Below, piece after piece: positions 7,883 to 16,022 of a stretch of 26,942 nucleotides of DNA. The DNA is from a virus (lineage: Duplodnaviria > Heunggongvirae > Uroviricota > Caudoviricetes), in the IMG/VR virus record IMGVR_UViG_3300030616_000569. One strand, written 5' to 3'. A program made the position numbers and the translations under genes. Below the pieces are notes generated by a model. It did no database searches. It was not told the DNA's origin and saw nothing but the letters and a program-made list of their open reading frames with translations. Positions within the stretch are counted from its first letter, which is position 1; each line of letters opens with the position of its first letter.

Positions 7883-8905
7883 ATGAAAAAGATGATTCTA
7901 TGCATAATTATGCTAATGCCAATTCTTGTTTCTTCTACAGCACTTGCATGGGGTCCAGCAACGCACACATATATTACAAATGAATTACTTGAAAATTATT
8001 CTAGTACAAATGCAATCCTTATGTTGTGTAACAAAAACCAAGAGTGTCGAGAGGCATTTATGGCAGGATCTGAAATACCTGACATAACTGTTGTTTATTA
8101 TTTCGAATCTGGTGGATCCAAGTATCGTGCAACACATAACTGGAACTTCCAACAGGACGTAATGTTACAGGCTGAAGAAGATCATGAAAAAGCATTTGCC
8201 TATGGTATTGCACAACACCTTATATCTGATTCAATAGCTCACCAAGATGTTGTCCCAACTGCAATTTCATCACAAGGAATACCAAATTGGTTGTTACATC
8301 CTCTACTTGAGCAAAAATATGATTCCTATCTGAAAGAGACACAACCAGAGATTGCTGAGCAATCGAAACATATGTTTGATGCTATCATTTATGGACCTCA
8401 TGGTGATAGATATATGGAAATGTGTCAAAATGCACTTGGTAGCACACTTGATGTAGAAGAACATGTCATAAAACTCGCAGCAGCATTTGATTCTTTCTAT
8501 AATCCAGATGGTGGTAATTTCCATCCTGAAGATGTTGGGATATTTGGTCTTTATCCAATTATATCAGGAATAGCAGATATGATGTCTCCATATACTTCAA
8601 TAGGTGGTGTAGATCAGATAGATAATGCATTATTTAAAACACTTCAACAAAATGTTAATATATATAACAACTGGGGTGCAAGACATGCATTAACACCTCA
8701 TGGTTTTGATGATCTAGAGGATGCTGAAGAAGAAGGTAATGTTGGTATATTTTCATTTCTATTCATGATATATATTATTTCAATATTTGTTATACCAGTC
8801 ATTGCTTATGTATATTTCAAAAAGATCATGGTACTTCCAATATCTCTAGGGATTATGATAGTTGGTTTGGTTTCATGGTTCTTCATGATTTATTTTTCAT
8901 TATGA
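7883..8905 (+). CDS. Zinc-dependent phospholipase C / P1 nuclease fold protein, secreted and C-terminally membrane-anchored
   Basis: Signal peptide then WGPATH at the mature N-terminus, GSEIPDI, ATHNW, YGIAQHLISDSIAH, HPLLEQKYD; two C-terminal TM helices. Confidence 0.8.
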   Translation: MKKMILCIIMLMPILVSSTALAWGPATHTYITNELLENYSSTNAILMLCNKNQECREAFMAGSEIPDITVVYYFESGGSKYRATHNWNFQQDVMLQAEEDHEKAFAYGIAQHLISDSIAHQDVVPTAISSQGIPNWLLHPLLEQKYDSYLKETQPEIAEQSKHMFDAIIYGPHGDRYMEMCQNALGSTLDVEEHVIKLAAAFDSFYNPDGGNFHPEDVGIFGLYPIISGIADMMSPYTSIGGVDQIDNALFKTLQQNVNIYNNWGARHALTPHGFDDLEDAEEEGNVGIFSFLFMIYIISIFVIPVIAYVYFKKIMVLPISLGIMIVGLVSWFFMIYFSL

Positions 8906-8931
8906 TGTGAGAGCGAAAATAGGTGATAAAA

Positions 8932-9087
8932 TTGACGAAACAAAAATCATTAAAATTTCATGATATGAAGACGCACAAATCTTTCAATTCTTCGAACTAT
9001 AATCATGTTAATCGTGGAAAAACAAAGTTTGCTGTAGCAAAAAATCCAAGTGGAAACGAATCTTGGAGAATAGTTGGAAAGAAATAA
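8932..9087 (+). CDS. 51-aa CC1-like (crenarchaeal chromatin protein 1) small basic DNA-binding protein
   Basis: TTG start 7 nt after aggtga; MTKQKSLKFHDMKTHKSFNSSNYNHVNRGKTKFAVAKNPSGNESWRIVGKK matches the recalled CC1 pattern LKF.D.K....F....Y...RG...FAVAK.P..G....R..GKK. Confidence 0.75.
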   Translation: MTKQKSLKFHDMKTHKSFNSSNYNHVNRGKTKFAVAKNPSGNESWRIVGKK

Positions 9088-9088
9088 C

Positions 9089-9736
9089 ATGCATAATTTC
9101 TTCTCGAATATCAATAATCGGATAGCAAAGACTTCGTTCATATTTATTCTTATTGTTATCGAGATATATTTCTTTATTAATGGTCGTGCACACTTTTCTG
9201 CATGGGATGAAACATATGGTCAGTTAATAACGATTTATCTTCTTATGGTCGTCGTGTTTCTATTGTGGTCTGGTAGAAAAACAAAGCAACAAATGAACAA
9301 ACCACTTAATGAATCGATAGGTGGATTTGTTGGCTTCTTCATTGCAACATATTTCTTTCTTGCAGCAGCAACGTATCTATCTGGTGACACTATATCTGTG
9401 ATGGCAAGGGAATTATTCTGGCCAACAGTAATTGTTCAGGTCTGTGTTGTTGCAACATCAGAAGAATTGATGTTTCGTGGTGTGTTATTAGAAAAATTCG
9501 GTATTATTGTATCATCAGTGTTATTTGCATTATGGCATGCTTATGCATATGGTGTAATGTATTATATGCCAGATGTTGTTGGTATAGAAACTATAGTAGC
9601 AATATTGCTCGCCTTTTGCATGGGTATAATACTTGCCTTTGTGGCAAAGAAATGGGGTCTATCATCAGCAATAGCTATCCATGCATGCTATAATTTATTT
9701 GTTTCGGGAGCATTTATAACATTTAGTATTATGTAA
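9089..9736 (+). CDS. CPBP/Abi (type II CAAX, Rce1-like) intramembrane glutamic protease
   Basis: SEELMFRG, SSVLFALWH and AIAIHACYN motifs in a multi-TM protein; ATG 9089 preferred. Confidence 0.9.
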   Translation: MHNFFSNINNRIAKTSFIFILIVIEIYFFINGRAHFSAWDETYGQLITIYLLMVVVFLLWSGRKTKQQMNKPLNESIGGFVGFFIATYFFLAAATYLSGDTISVMARELFWPTVIVQVCVVATSEELMFRGVLLEKFGIIVSSVLFALWHAYAYGVMYYMPDVVGIETIVAILLAFCMGIILAFVAKKWGLSSAIAIHACYNLFVSGAFITFSIM

Positions 9737-9746
9737 GGCAGATAAC

Positions 9747-10400
9747 ATGAATAACGAAAATCGTGGTTGGTTTAATCATTCAAAAGAGCATTCTTTGGCT
9801 TCTCAAGGTATTCCTACAAAGAAATCAGATCCAAGAACGGAGACAAAAACAGTGGATACTAATGTTGTTAAGAAGACCAACAATTTGTCATTTGATAGAG
9901 AAACAGAGAGAGTGATGGAATTATTTGCTGATGTTAATCAAAAATATGAGATTTCACCATCAGTTAATAACAATGGTATAAAATTAAGTGAAGATGAATT
10001 ATTGAACATACTCAAATATTCTATACCAAATGGTTGTGGAACATTTAACAATGAAGAATTTGTTAAATTAGCTCAGTTATATGAACCAAAATGCAAATTT
10101 ATTATAAAACGTGATCCAGAGGACGGTGGTGTAATTATTTCTGTTTATGGTACACCACTGACACATCCAGGACAAATAAAAGAGTGGGTTAACTCTAGTT
10201 ATGTTACAACTGATGAAAACAATGTCTTTACTTATAAATGGACATCGATTGGTGTTATTAATAAAAACATAGATAAATCAGCAAAGCTATCACATGATGA
10301 TAGATTACTACTAGAATGGTCTGAAGAGGTCAAAACAAGGCAAACTGACTTATCTTTCCCAGACTGGATAAGGTCAGGTGAAATTGATGAAGAAAGGTAA
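9747..10400 (+). CDS. GW..RH.LA..GI-tagged protein 1, unknown cargo domain
   Basis: Tag GWFNHSKEHSLASQGI at 9765-9812; soluble. Confidence 0.75.
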   Translation: MNNENRGWFNHSKEHSLASQGIPTKKSDPRTETKTVDTNVVKKTNNLSFDRETERVMELFADVNQKYEISPSVNNNGIKLSEDELLNILKYSIPNGCGTFNNEEFVKLAQLYEPKCKFIIKRDPEDGGVIISVYGTPLTHPGQIKEWVNSSYVTTDENNVFTYKWTSIGVINKNIDKSAKLSHDDRLLLEWSEEVKTRQTDLSFPDWIRSGEIDEER

Positions 10401-11121
10401 AGGGTGGAGAGGTGAACCTTTTCGACATAGTTTGGCAGGACAGGGTATATCAACATATAGATTAGTCAGAGATAGACCAGATAAGAATAAACAAGATTTT
10501 GAATCACAAAAAAGATATGGTACAGTCACAAAACAACCATTATTTCCCACTTATAAAGGTGATTATAAAAACAGATATAAAAAACATCGTGTAGTTCTCA
10601 ATTATCCTGATAACATGAAAGAAGGTGACAGGTTTAATTACAATATGGAAATGTCTGATGAATCTCTTACACCAGAAGACAGACAGGAGATATATGACAG
10701 ATGGCAAAAATGGAAGGAGTGGCGAAGCGGGAAAGGTCACATTCATAGAATAATTTCAAATTTAGAGTTTGAAGATAATCCATATCGTCCATATTATGTG
10801 ACGAATTCTAATTACCCACCAGAAGGTTATAGGTGGGTTGATGATGAATCAGAAATCAAGGTTGCAGAAGGAAGACTTCTTGGCAAATTCTATCCTGATT
10901 TGACATATGAAGAATTTGATCAGTTTATGACATTTGATGAGTTCATGGATACAACTAAAGTTAGACCAACAAGAACTCGAAGCAGTACTAAAAGAAAAGT
11001 TGGCAAAAAGACACCTGGAAGAGAGGAAATGCAAGATATTTCAGAACAGCGTCTTTCTGCATATAGATCACATAAAGATAGAAGAATTGAAGAATTAGAA
11101 GAGAGAAGGAGAAGTAGATAA
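10387..11121 (+). CDS. Tagged protein 2, charged, unknown cargo
   Basis: SD ggtga 10377-10381 supports ATG 10387; tag GWRGEPFRHSLAGQGI at 10402-10449. Confidence 0.75.
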   Translation: MKKGKGWRGEPFRHSLAGQGISTYRLVRDRPDKNKQDFESQKRYGTVTKQPLFPTYKGDYKNRYKKHRVVLNYPDNMKEGDRFNYNMEMSDESLTPEDRQEIYDRWQKWKEWRSGKGHIHRIISNLEFEDNPYRPYYVTNSNYPPEGYRWVDDESEIKVAEGRLLGKFYPDLTYEEFDQFMTFDEFMDTTKVRPTRTRSSTKRKVGKKTPGREEMQDISEQRLSAYRSHKDRRIEELEERRRSR

Positions 11122-11123
11122 TT

Positions 11124-11483
11124 ATGTATCAACAACCAGTAATGCATATTGAGCGTGGTACAAGTAGATTAGTTGCATTGATGAATGGTCCAAGACTTAA
11201 TGTTGGGTTATTATTATCGTCAGTGATAATTTCTATGTTAATTGGAATAATAATTCTTGGTACCATGGGTCTTTCTGCATTCATAGGTGTAATTTGTATT
11301 ATTTATGCAGGTATAGCATTACTTTTAAATAGAGGTAAATTCTTGTCAGAAACAGTGATAATCATTCTTATAATTGGTGTAGCATTCTTGGTACTTCATT
11401 ACGTCGGTGTCGATATGATGGTAATAGATTTTCAGGCATTTGGACCGACAAATAAATTATATGAATTGTTCCATCAGAGGTGA
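11124..11483 (+). CDS. Multi-TM membrane protein
   Basis: ORF track, three hydrophobic helices. Confidence 0.75.
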   Translation: MYQQPVMHIERGTSRLVALMNGPRLNVGLLLSSVIISMLIGIIILGTMGLSAFIGVICIIYAGIALLLNRGKFLSETVIIILIIGVAFLVLHYVGVDMMVIDFQAFGPTNKLYELFHQR

Positions 11484-11488
11484 AACAT

Positions 11489-11731
11489 ATGTTTAAATTT
11501 AACAAAAGAACGCTAGTTTCTTCATTGACAGCAGGTTTTTTTATAACTCTGTTTACTGGATACTTTGTACTCGGTGGTACTGGTGAATATGGTGGTATAT
11601 TCTTAGGGTGGTATCCTCTTGATACTAGGTTGCCATTTCTAGGTGGTGAATTCATAATAAATGTTCTATTGTGGACTGCAATATCAAGTTTCATTATACA
11701 AGTATTCATAAAAAAGAGGATACCTTTTTGA
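11489..11731 (+). CDS. Two-TM membrane protein
   Basis: SD aggtga supports ATG 11489; hydrophobic ends. Confidence 0.7.
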   Translation: MFKFNKRTLVSSLTAGFFITLFTGYFVLGGTGEYGGIFLGWYPLDTRLPFLGGEFIINVLLWTAISSFIIQVFIKKRIPF

Positions 11732-11739
11732 GGTGAATT

Positions 11740-12363
11740 ATGAAAAATAATCATGCGATAGCTCCAATAATTGGTGTTATTATAATTGCAAGTGCAATCG
11801 GTGCAAGTGCTGGTAGTTATGTTATCTATGAAAATAACAAATCATATGAGATCGAACCAAACACAGTATTCGTACACAAAGATTATGGTAATGGTCTAGA
11901 TAATTCGAAAGAGACAACATCACAACCAGTGGTAACAGAATATGAGATTACGACTAATACAGCAATATCTAATATTCTTAGTTATATCGGAAGTGATACA
12001 ACTATAGATGTAGATAGTTATCGTGGGTGTATAGATAAATTAAATGTTAATGTATATTGTGTGAATGGTAAGACAATGGATAGTATAATTGACGACTATA
12101 AGACAAAGATAAATGAAGATGGGTATACAATCGAAATTGAACAAGATCGTGATAATTCAGGTTGGTCTGGGAAACTCATCTTTGCAAGAGGTAGTCTACA
12201 TGGTCGTCTTATTGTTGTTGCAAGTGGATCAGTGATAGAAAAAATATTTGGTTGTGATGTTCTTTTGATTACATCAAGTGCATTTCTAACTGATTATTAT
12301 TCTTGCCAACATTTGATTGAAGGACAATCTGAAGAACCAAATAATTGTTGTGGAGAGAGTTAA
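11740..12363 (+). CDS. N-terminally anchored alpha/beta surface protein, paralog of 23710-24237; possible class III signal peptide
   Basis: KNNHA-IAPIIGVIII N-terminus; shared motifs with 23710-24237. Confidence 0.7.
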   Translation: MKNNHAIAPIIGVIIIASAIGASAGSYVIYENNKSYEIEPNTVFVHKDYGNGLDNSKETTSQPVVTEYEITTNTAISNILSYIGSDTTIDVDSYRGCIDKLNVNVYCVNGKTMDSIIDDYKTKINEDGYTIEIEQDRDNSGWSGKLIFARGSLHGRLIVVASGSVIEKIFGCDVLLITSSAFLTDYYSCQHLIEGQSEEPNNCCGES

Positions 12364-12364
12364 T

Positions 12365-12637
12365 ATGCCACCAGGAAGACGTGCAAGATCATTTATTAAT
12401 CACGGTCCACGTGGTATGTATAGAAGAAGGATTTTTTCTGGTGTCCTTATCACAATTATACTGATATTAGGAGTATTACTACTTGGTTATATGTCATTTA
12501 TACCGATCATTCCTGCTGTTATATATGCATTTGCATTCTTTACTATATTTCTAAGTGTTAAATTGTATCGTGTGACGCCTATATTATTAGGTACTCTATT
12601 AATAATATTCTCGACATATTGGGTATTATATTGGTGA
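12365..12637 (+). CDS. Membrane protein with Arg-rich N-terminal tail
   Basis: ATG 12365 just after stop 12363; MPPGRRARS...RRRI followed by three TM helices. Confidence 0.7.
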   Translation: MPPGRRARSFINHGPRGMYRRRIFSGVLITIILILGVLLLGYMSFIPIIPAVIYAFAFFTIFLSVKLYRVTPILLGTLLIIFSTYWVLYW

Positions 12638-12641
12638 TAGT

Positions 12642-12854
12642 ATGGCAAAACCCCTTACACTATTAGCAAGATTACCAGATAATATAAGATTTCTGGTAAT
12701 TATAATTATAGTCATGGTTGGATTATGGATGTTTATAACACCATTTTATAATTGGGTGATAGAAATGTTTGAAATTAATCCATTATGGTCAATAATAATA
12801 GGTGCCATAATTGTATATTATGGTATTAAAAAATGTAGACTACATCCGTGGTGA
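12642..12854 (+). CDS. 70-aa two-TM membrane protein
   Basis: ORF track, SD ggtga, helical hairpin. Confidence 0.75.
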   Translation: MAKPLTLLARLPDNIRFLVIIIIVMVGLWMFITPFYNWVIEMFEINPLWSIIIGAIIVYYGIKKCRLHPW

Positions 12855-12861
12855 TAACTTA

Positions 12862-12993
12862 ATGCCGAAAGAACTAGAAAGATCTCTTGAGAAACAAGCG
12901 AAGAAGAAGGGATTTAAAGGAGAAAGAAGAGATCGTTATATTTATGGTACAATGAGAAAAATGGGTTGGAAACCAAAACGTGAAATGAGGTGA
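12862..12993 (+). CDS. 43-aa basic microprotein
   Basis: SD ggtga 12850-12854 supports ATG 12862; MPKELERSLEKQAKKKGFKGERRDRYIYGTMRKMGWKPKREMR. Confidence 0.7.
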   Translation: MPKELERSLEKQAKKKGFKGERRDRYIYGTMRKMGWKPKREMR

Positions 12994-12999
12994 TTAAAT

Positions 13000-13131
13000 A
13001 TGGCTAAAAAAGGAGTACCAAAACACGATGGATCTGGAAAAGGTCAACGTGCAAATCGTGGTCGTGGAGGTTGTAAAACAACACGGTCAAGAGGTCTTGG
13101 ATTAAGAAATTACATAAGAGGTAGAAGGTAA
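13000..13131 (+). CDS. 43-aa Gly/Arg/Lys-rich protamine-like microprotein
   Basis: Hand-translated MAKKGVPKHDGSGKGQRANRGRGGCKTTRSRGLGLRNYIRGRR; SD gaggtga; TAATG overlap with the next gene. Confidence 0.75.
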   Translation: MAKKGVPKHDGSGKGQRANRGRGGCKTTRSRGLGLRNYIRGRR

Positions 13132-13343
13132 TGAAAATAATACGAAAGTTGAGACATATTCTATTATTTATCGTTTTATTTGGATCTGATCTAGTGATCG
13201 GTTTCTTTGGTCATTATCAAGGGTCAGGTGGTGGCGACTTTATTGAATATATCTCTGAGTTATCATTCAGTGATATTGGACCAACTCTAGTTGTCGCAGT
13301 GACAGTTATTGTCTTTGTAGAGTTTTTATGGAGACATAAATAA
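13131..13343 (+). CDS. 70-aa two-TM membrane protein
   Basis: ORF track, two hydrophobic helices. Confidence 0.7.
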   Translation: MKIIRKLRHILLFIVLFGSDLVIGFFGHYQGSGGGDFIEYISELSFSDIGPTLVVAVTVIVFVEFLWRHK

Positions 13344-13352
13344 GGTGAAAAA

Positions 13353-14138
13353 ATGAAAAACACAAAAATATTTGTAATTGTAATGATGCTGATGCTTTCT
13401 GGTTCATTCTTTTGGACATCTTCAACAGATAATATGATCGTTAGTGCAGGTGATGTTTATAACAGTGCTGCATCGCCAGCAAATGCTACAACACACTATA
13501 GAAATGGAAATTTGACACTTTCTGTAACACTTGTTACTAAAACTGGTGCAACAATGAATCAGAACTTCACTACAAATGTGAGTGGTACATGGACTACAAT
13601 TGGACAGAATTTACATGGTGCAAATGCCACTGTGACTGATACATTATCTGGTTTTACTTCAGCAAATAAGAAGTATTTCTGGGCTTCAAATGTTTCTAAC
13701 TCTAATGCTACACATGAGTGGGATAATAACACCTATTATTTCTACACAATGTCTAGTGATGAGCCACCTACAACATCTGGTGGAAGTAGTGATACTGCCA
13801 ATAGAGTGACAATATTTATAAGGGATTCAAATGGTGATCCAGTCCATGGTGTTAGAGTGCAAGTTGATAAGAGATCAAGGGTAACAAATAACAACGGTGC
13901 TGTTGTATTTACACTTGATTCAGGTTCATATAAAGTATATGCTTTACATGATGATTATAATTTCAACACAGAATTGATAAACACAGATGATAGCTCAACG
14001 TTTACTATCACAACAACATCTAAAGCAACATTAAGTGTTGGTGAAGATGATGGTATTGCATTGCCTGGATTTGAGTTATTTATCTTTGCATTTGCAGCTA
14101 TATGTGTGTTTATAATATATAGAAGAAGGGTGATATAA
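13353..14138 (+). CDS. PGF-CTERM surface glycoprotein with prealbumin/carboxypeptidase-regulatory-like domain
   Basis: Signal peptide; many N-x-S/T sequons; PGFE + TM + RRR tail at 14064-14138. Confidence 0.85.
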   Translation: MKNTKIFVIVMMLMLSGSFFWTSSTDNMIVSAGDVYNSAASPANATTHYRNGNLTLSVTLVTKTGATMNQNFTTNVSGTWTTIGQNLHGANATVTDTLSGFTSANKKYFWASNVSNSNATHEWDNNTYYFYTMSSDEPPTTSGGSSDTANRVTIFIRDSNGDPVHGVRVQVDKRSRVTNNNGAVVFTLDSGSYKVYALHDDYNFNTELINTDDSSTFTITTTSKATLSVGEDDGIALPGFELFIFAFAAICVFIIYRRRVI

Positions 14139-15331
14139 TGAGAAAAAAAACAAGTGCCTTTTTAATAGGTGTGATTGTTGTATTTGCAGTAATAGGTGCA
14201 TATTTTATTACAACAACAGTAGCAGATAACATAGACGACTGGATGGGTGATATATCAATTATGTCTGGTCAGTGGAAACAAGATATAAAATTTACGCTTG
14301 CAGATGGCAGAGTAGAGAATCTCAACACAATGTCTTTATGGCATGAAGATACTCAAGTTACTGATGTATCAATAACAATATCTGCACGTGCATACACTCC
14401 AGCAGGAAAAGATCCTTGGGAGGATGTTGAAGTTGATTTAGCAGCATGTTCACTTGGTGCAACATACGGTGATAGTGTAAATACAACAACAATATGGTCA
14501 GATTCTAGAGATCAAACTGGAATGGTAACAGGTGCGGTAGATGGTGATTGGTTTGTTGTAATGTCTGAATCATTTGATTTAGAATCAGCTTCTGATGATA
14601 CTTGGGAAAGCGGAGATGTATTATCCTTTGTTCTATCAGGTGCAATAAATTATCGTGGTTCGACTGGAACAGAATCTAGTGATTGGAAAACAATAGACTC
14701 TCCTGGTCTTGCTGATATTTATTTGTCATATGTCGGAAAGGACATAATGTTAGAATGGCAAGATAGTATCGATTGGGACGGAGGAACAACAACCTATGAT
14801 ACTGATGGTGACGGTGTCAATGATGAGATCGATAACTGTCCACTTACACCGAACCCTGATCAAATAGATACAGATGGTGACGGTGCAGGTGATGCTTGTG
14901 ATACATATGATGATGGAGAACTCAGATTAGTAATTGAAGATGCGACAGTTAACTACGGTGACACAGTTGATGTGAACATATATCTATACAACGCTGAAAA
15001 CATCGAGAATATTCGTGTATACTCTGAAATACTTGATACGTTCTTTATAGAGTGTACTGGTGTCAGTTGGGACTCAAGTGATTTTTCTCAAGTGACATCT
15101 GGGTATAATGATGTTGTTGGATGGTTCAGAGGAGAAGCATCATCACCTATTGGCGGCAATCTAAACGTGTGTACATTTACATATCTTGGAACGAATCTTG
15201 GTACATCAGAATTGAGTCTGGATAACACAAATCTACAGATTCTAGATGGTTATGGTAGTCCAGTATATCCAATACTACAAAACGGTGTGATCACTGTAAC
15301 AACTGGTGCTGCTGGTGGGTCATCTGGGTGA
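14138..15331 (+). CDS. N-anchored surface protein with thrombospondin type 3 repeats and a C-terminal cohesin-like domain
   Basis: DTDGDGVNDEIDNCPLTPNPDQIDTDGDGAGDACD at 14798-14902; cohesin-like ends (V..GDTVDVNIYL ... QNGVITVT). Confidence 0.75.
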   Translation: MRKKTSAFLIGVIVVFAVIGAYFITTTVADNIDDWMGDISIMSGQWKQDIKFTLADGRVENLNTMSLWHEDTQVTDVSITISARAYTPAGKDPWEDVEVDLAACSLGATYGDSVNTTTIWSDSRDQTGMVTGAVDGDWFVVMSESFDLESASDDTWESGDVLSFVLSGAINYRGSTGTESSDWKTIDSPGLADIYLSYVGKDIMLEWQDSIDWDGGTTTYDTDGDGVNDEIDNCPLTPNPDQIDTDGDGAGDACDTYDDGELRLVIEDATVNYGDTVDVNIYLYNAENIENIRVYSEILDTFFIECTGVSWDSSDFSQVTSGYNDVVGWFRGEASSPIGGNLNVCTFTYLGTNLGTSELSLDNTNLQILDGYGSPVYPILQNGVITVTTGAAGGSSG

Positions 15332-15336
15332 TCCTG

Positions 15337-15687
15337 ATGTCGAAGATGAAGGATGAAAACATCAAGAGACTAAACAAAATAAAAGAATCTCGAGATAGAA
15401 AGGGTTGGCATGGCGAATCTCGTCGCCATTCCCTCGCCTCTCGAGGCATATATACTAGATTTCCAAGCAAAAGATCTGTTGATACACCAGTAGGAAAATA
15501 TGGTTCACCAAATAAAGTAGATCTAACACCAATGGAGATTGATTACAATAGATTTATGGAAGAGCGTGATGATGATTTATCTTGGGAAGATTGGGAAAAA
15601 AAGGAACATCCAGAGTATTTCGATAAAGAAAAACTAGAAAAACAGATAAGGGAAGAATTCAGAAGTGGAAAATATTCGAAACAATGA
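15337..15687 (+). CDS. Tagged protein 3, short charged cargo
   Basis: SD ggtga supports ATG 15337; tag GWHGESRRHSLASRGI at 15403-15450. Confidence 0.75.
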   Translation: MSKMKDENIKRLNKIKESRDRKGWHGESRRHSLASRGIYTRFPSKRSVDTPVGKYGSPNKVDLTPMEIDYNRFMEERDDDLSWEDWEKKEHPEYFDKEKLEKQIREEFRSGKYSKQ

Positions 15688-15698
15688 ATGGTGATAAA

Positions 15699-16016
15699 AT
15701 GGCAAAATCTAGTGGTCGTGGTTGGCACGGTGATTCTCGTCGCCATATACTTGCAAGGTATGGAATCTCTACAAAACCATCTTCAAATATGGCTCGTTTG
15801 GGAGAAAATAACGGTCGGTGGAAAGGCGGTACGTCAAAGACGTATTATCGACCAATTGCAGGGTGCAAACCAAATGATGGAAAGATAGTTCATCATAAAG
15901 ATCACGATAAGACAAACCCACATCCAGCAAATCTTGAAGCCCTAGATAATAGAGGTATATCTGCAATGGCAAAACATAATAAAGCTCATCCAGAAAAAGG
16001 TAGAAAGAAGGAATGA
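15699..16016 (+). CDS. Tagged protein 4: minimal HNH endonuclease
   Basis: Tag GWHGDSRRHILARYGI at 15720-15767; GENNGRWKGG (NUMOD3-like) then VHHKDHDKTNPHPANLEAL...HNKAH. Confidence 0.8.
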   Translation: MAKSSGRGWHGDSRRHILARYGISTKPSSNMARLGENNGRWKGGTSKTYYRPIAGCKPNDGKIVHHKDHDKTNPHPANLEALDNRGISAMAKHNKAHPEKGRKKE

Positions 16017-16022
16017 TAATAT

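Noticed and set aside
12964-12993. GWKPKREMR at the end of the 43-aa basic protein as an eleventh tag
   Set aside because: It is C-terminal and lacks RH.LA..GI.
14798-14902. DxDxDG motifs as dockerin, implying a cellulosome-like pair with the cohesin
   Set aside because: The pattern D.D.DG..D..DNCP...N.DQ.D.D.DG.GDACD is TSP3, not the dockerin duplicated GD.N.DG motif.
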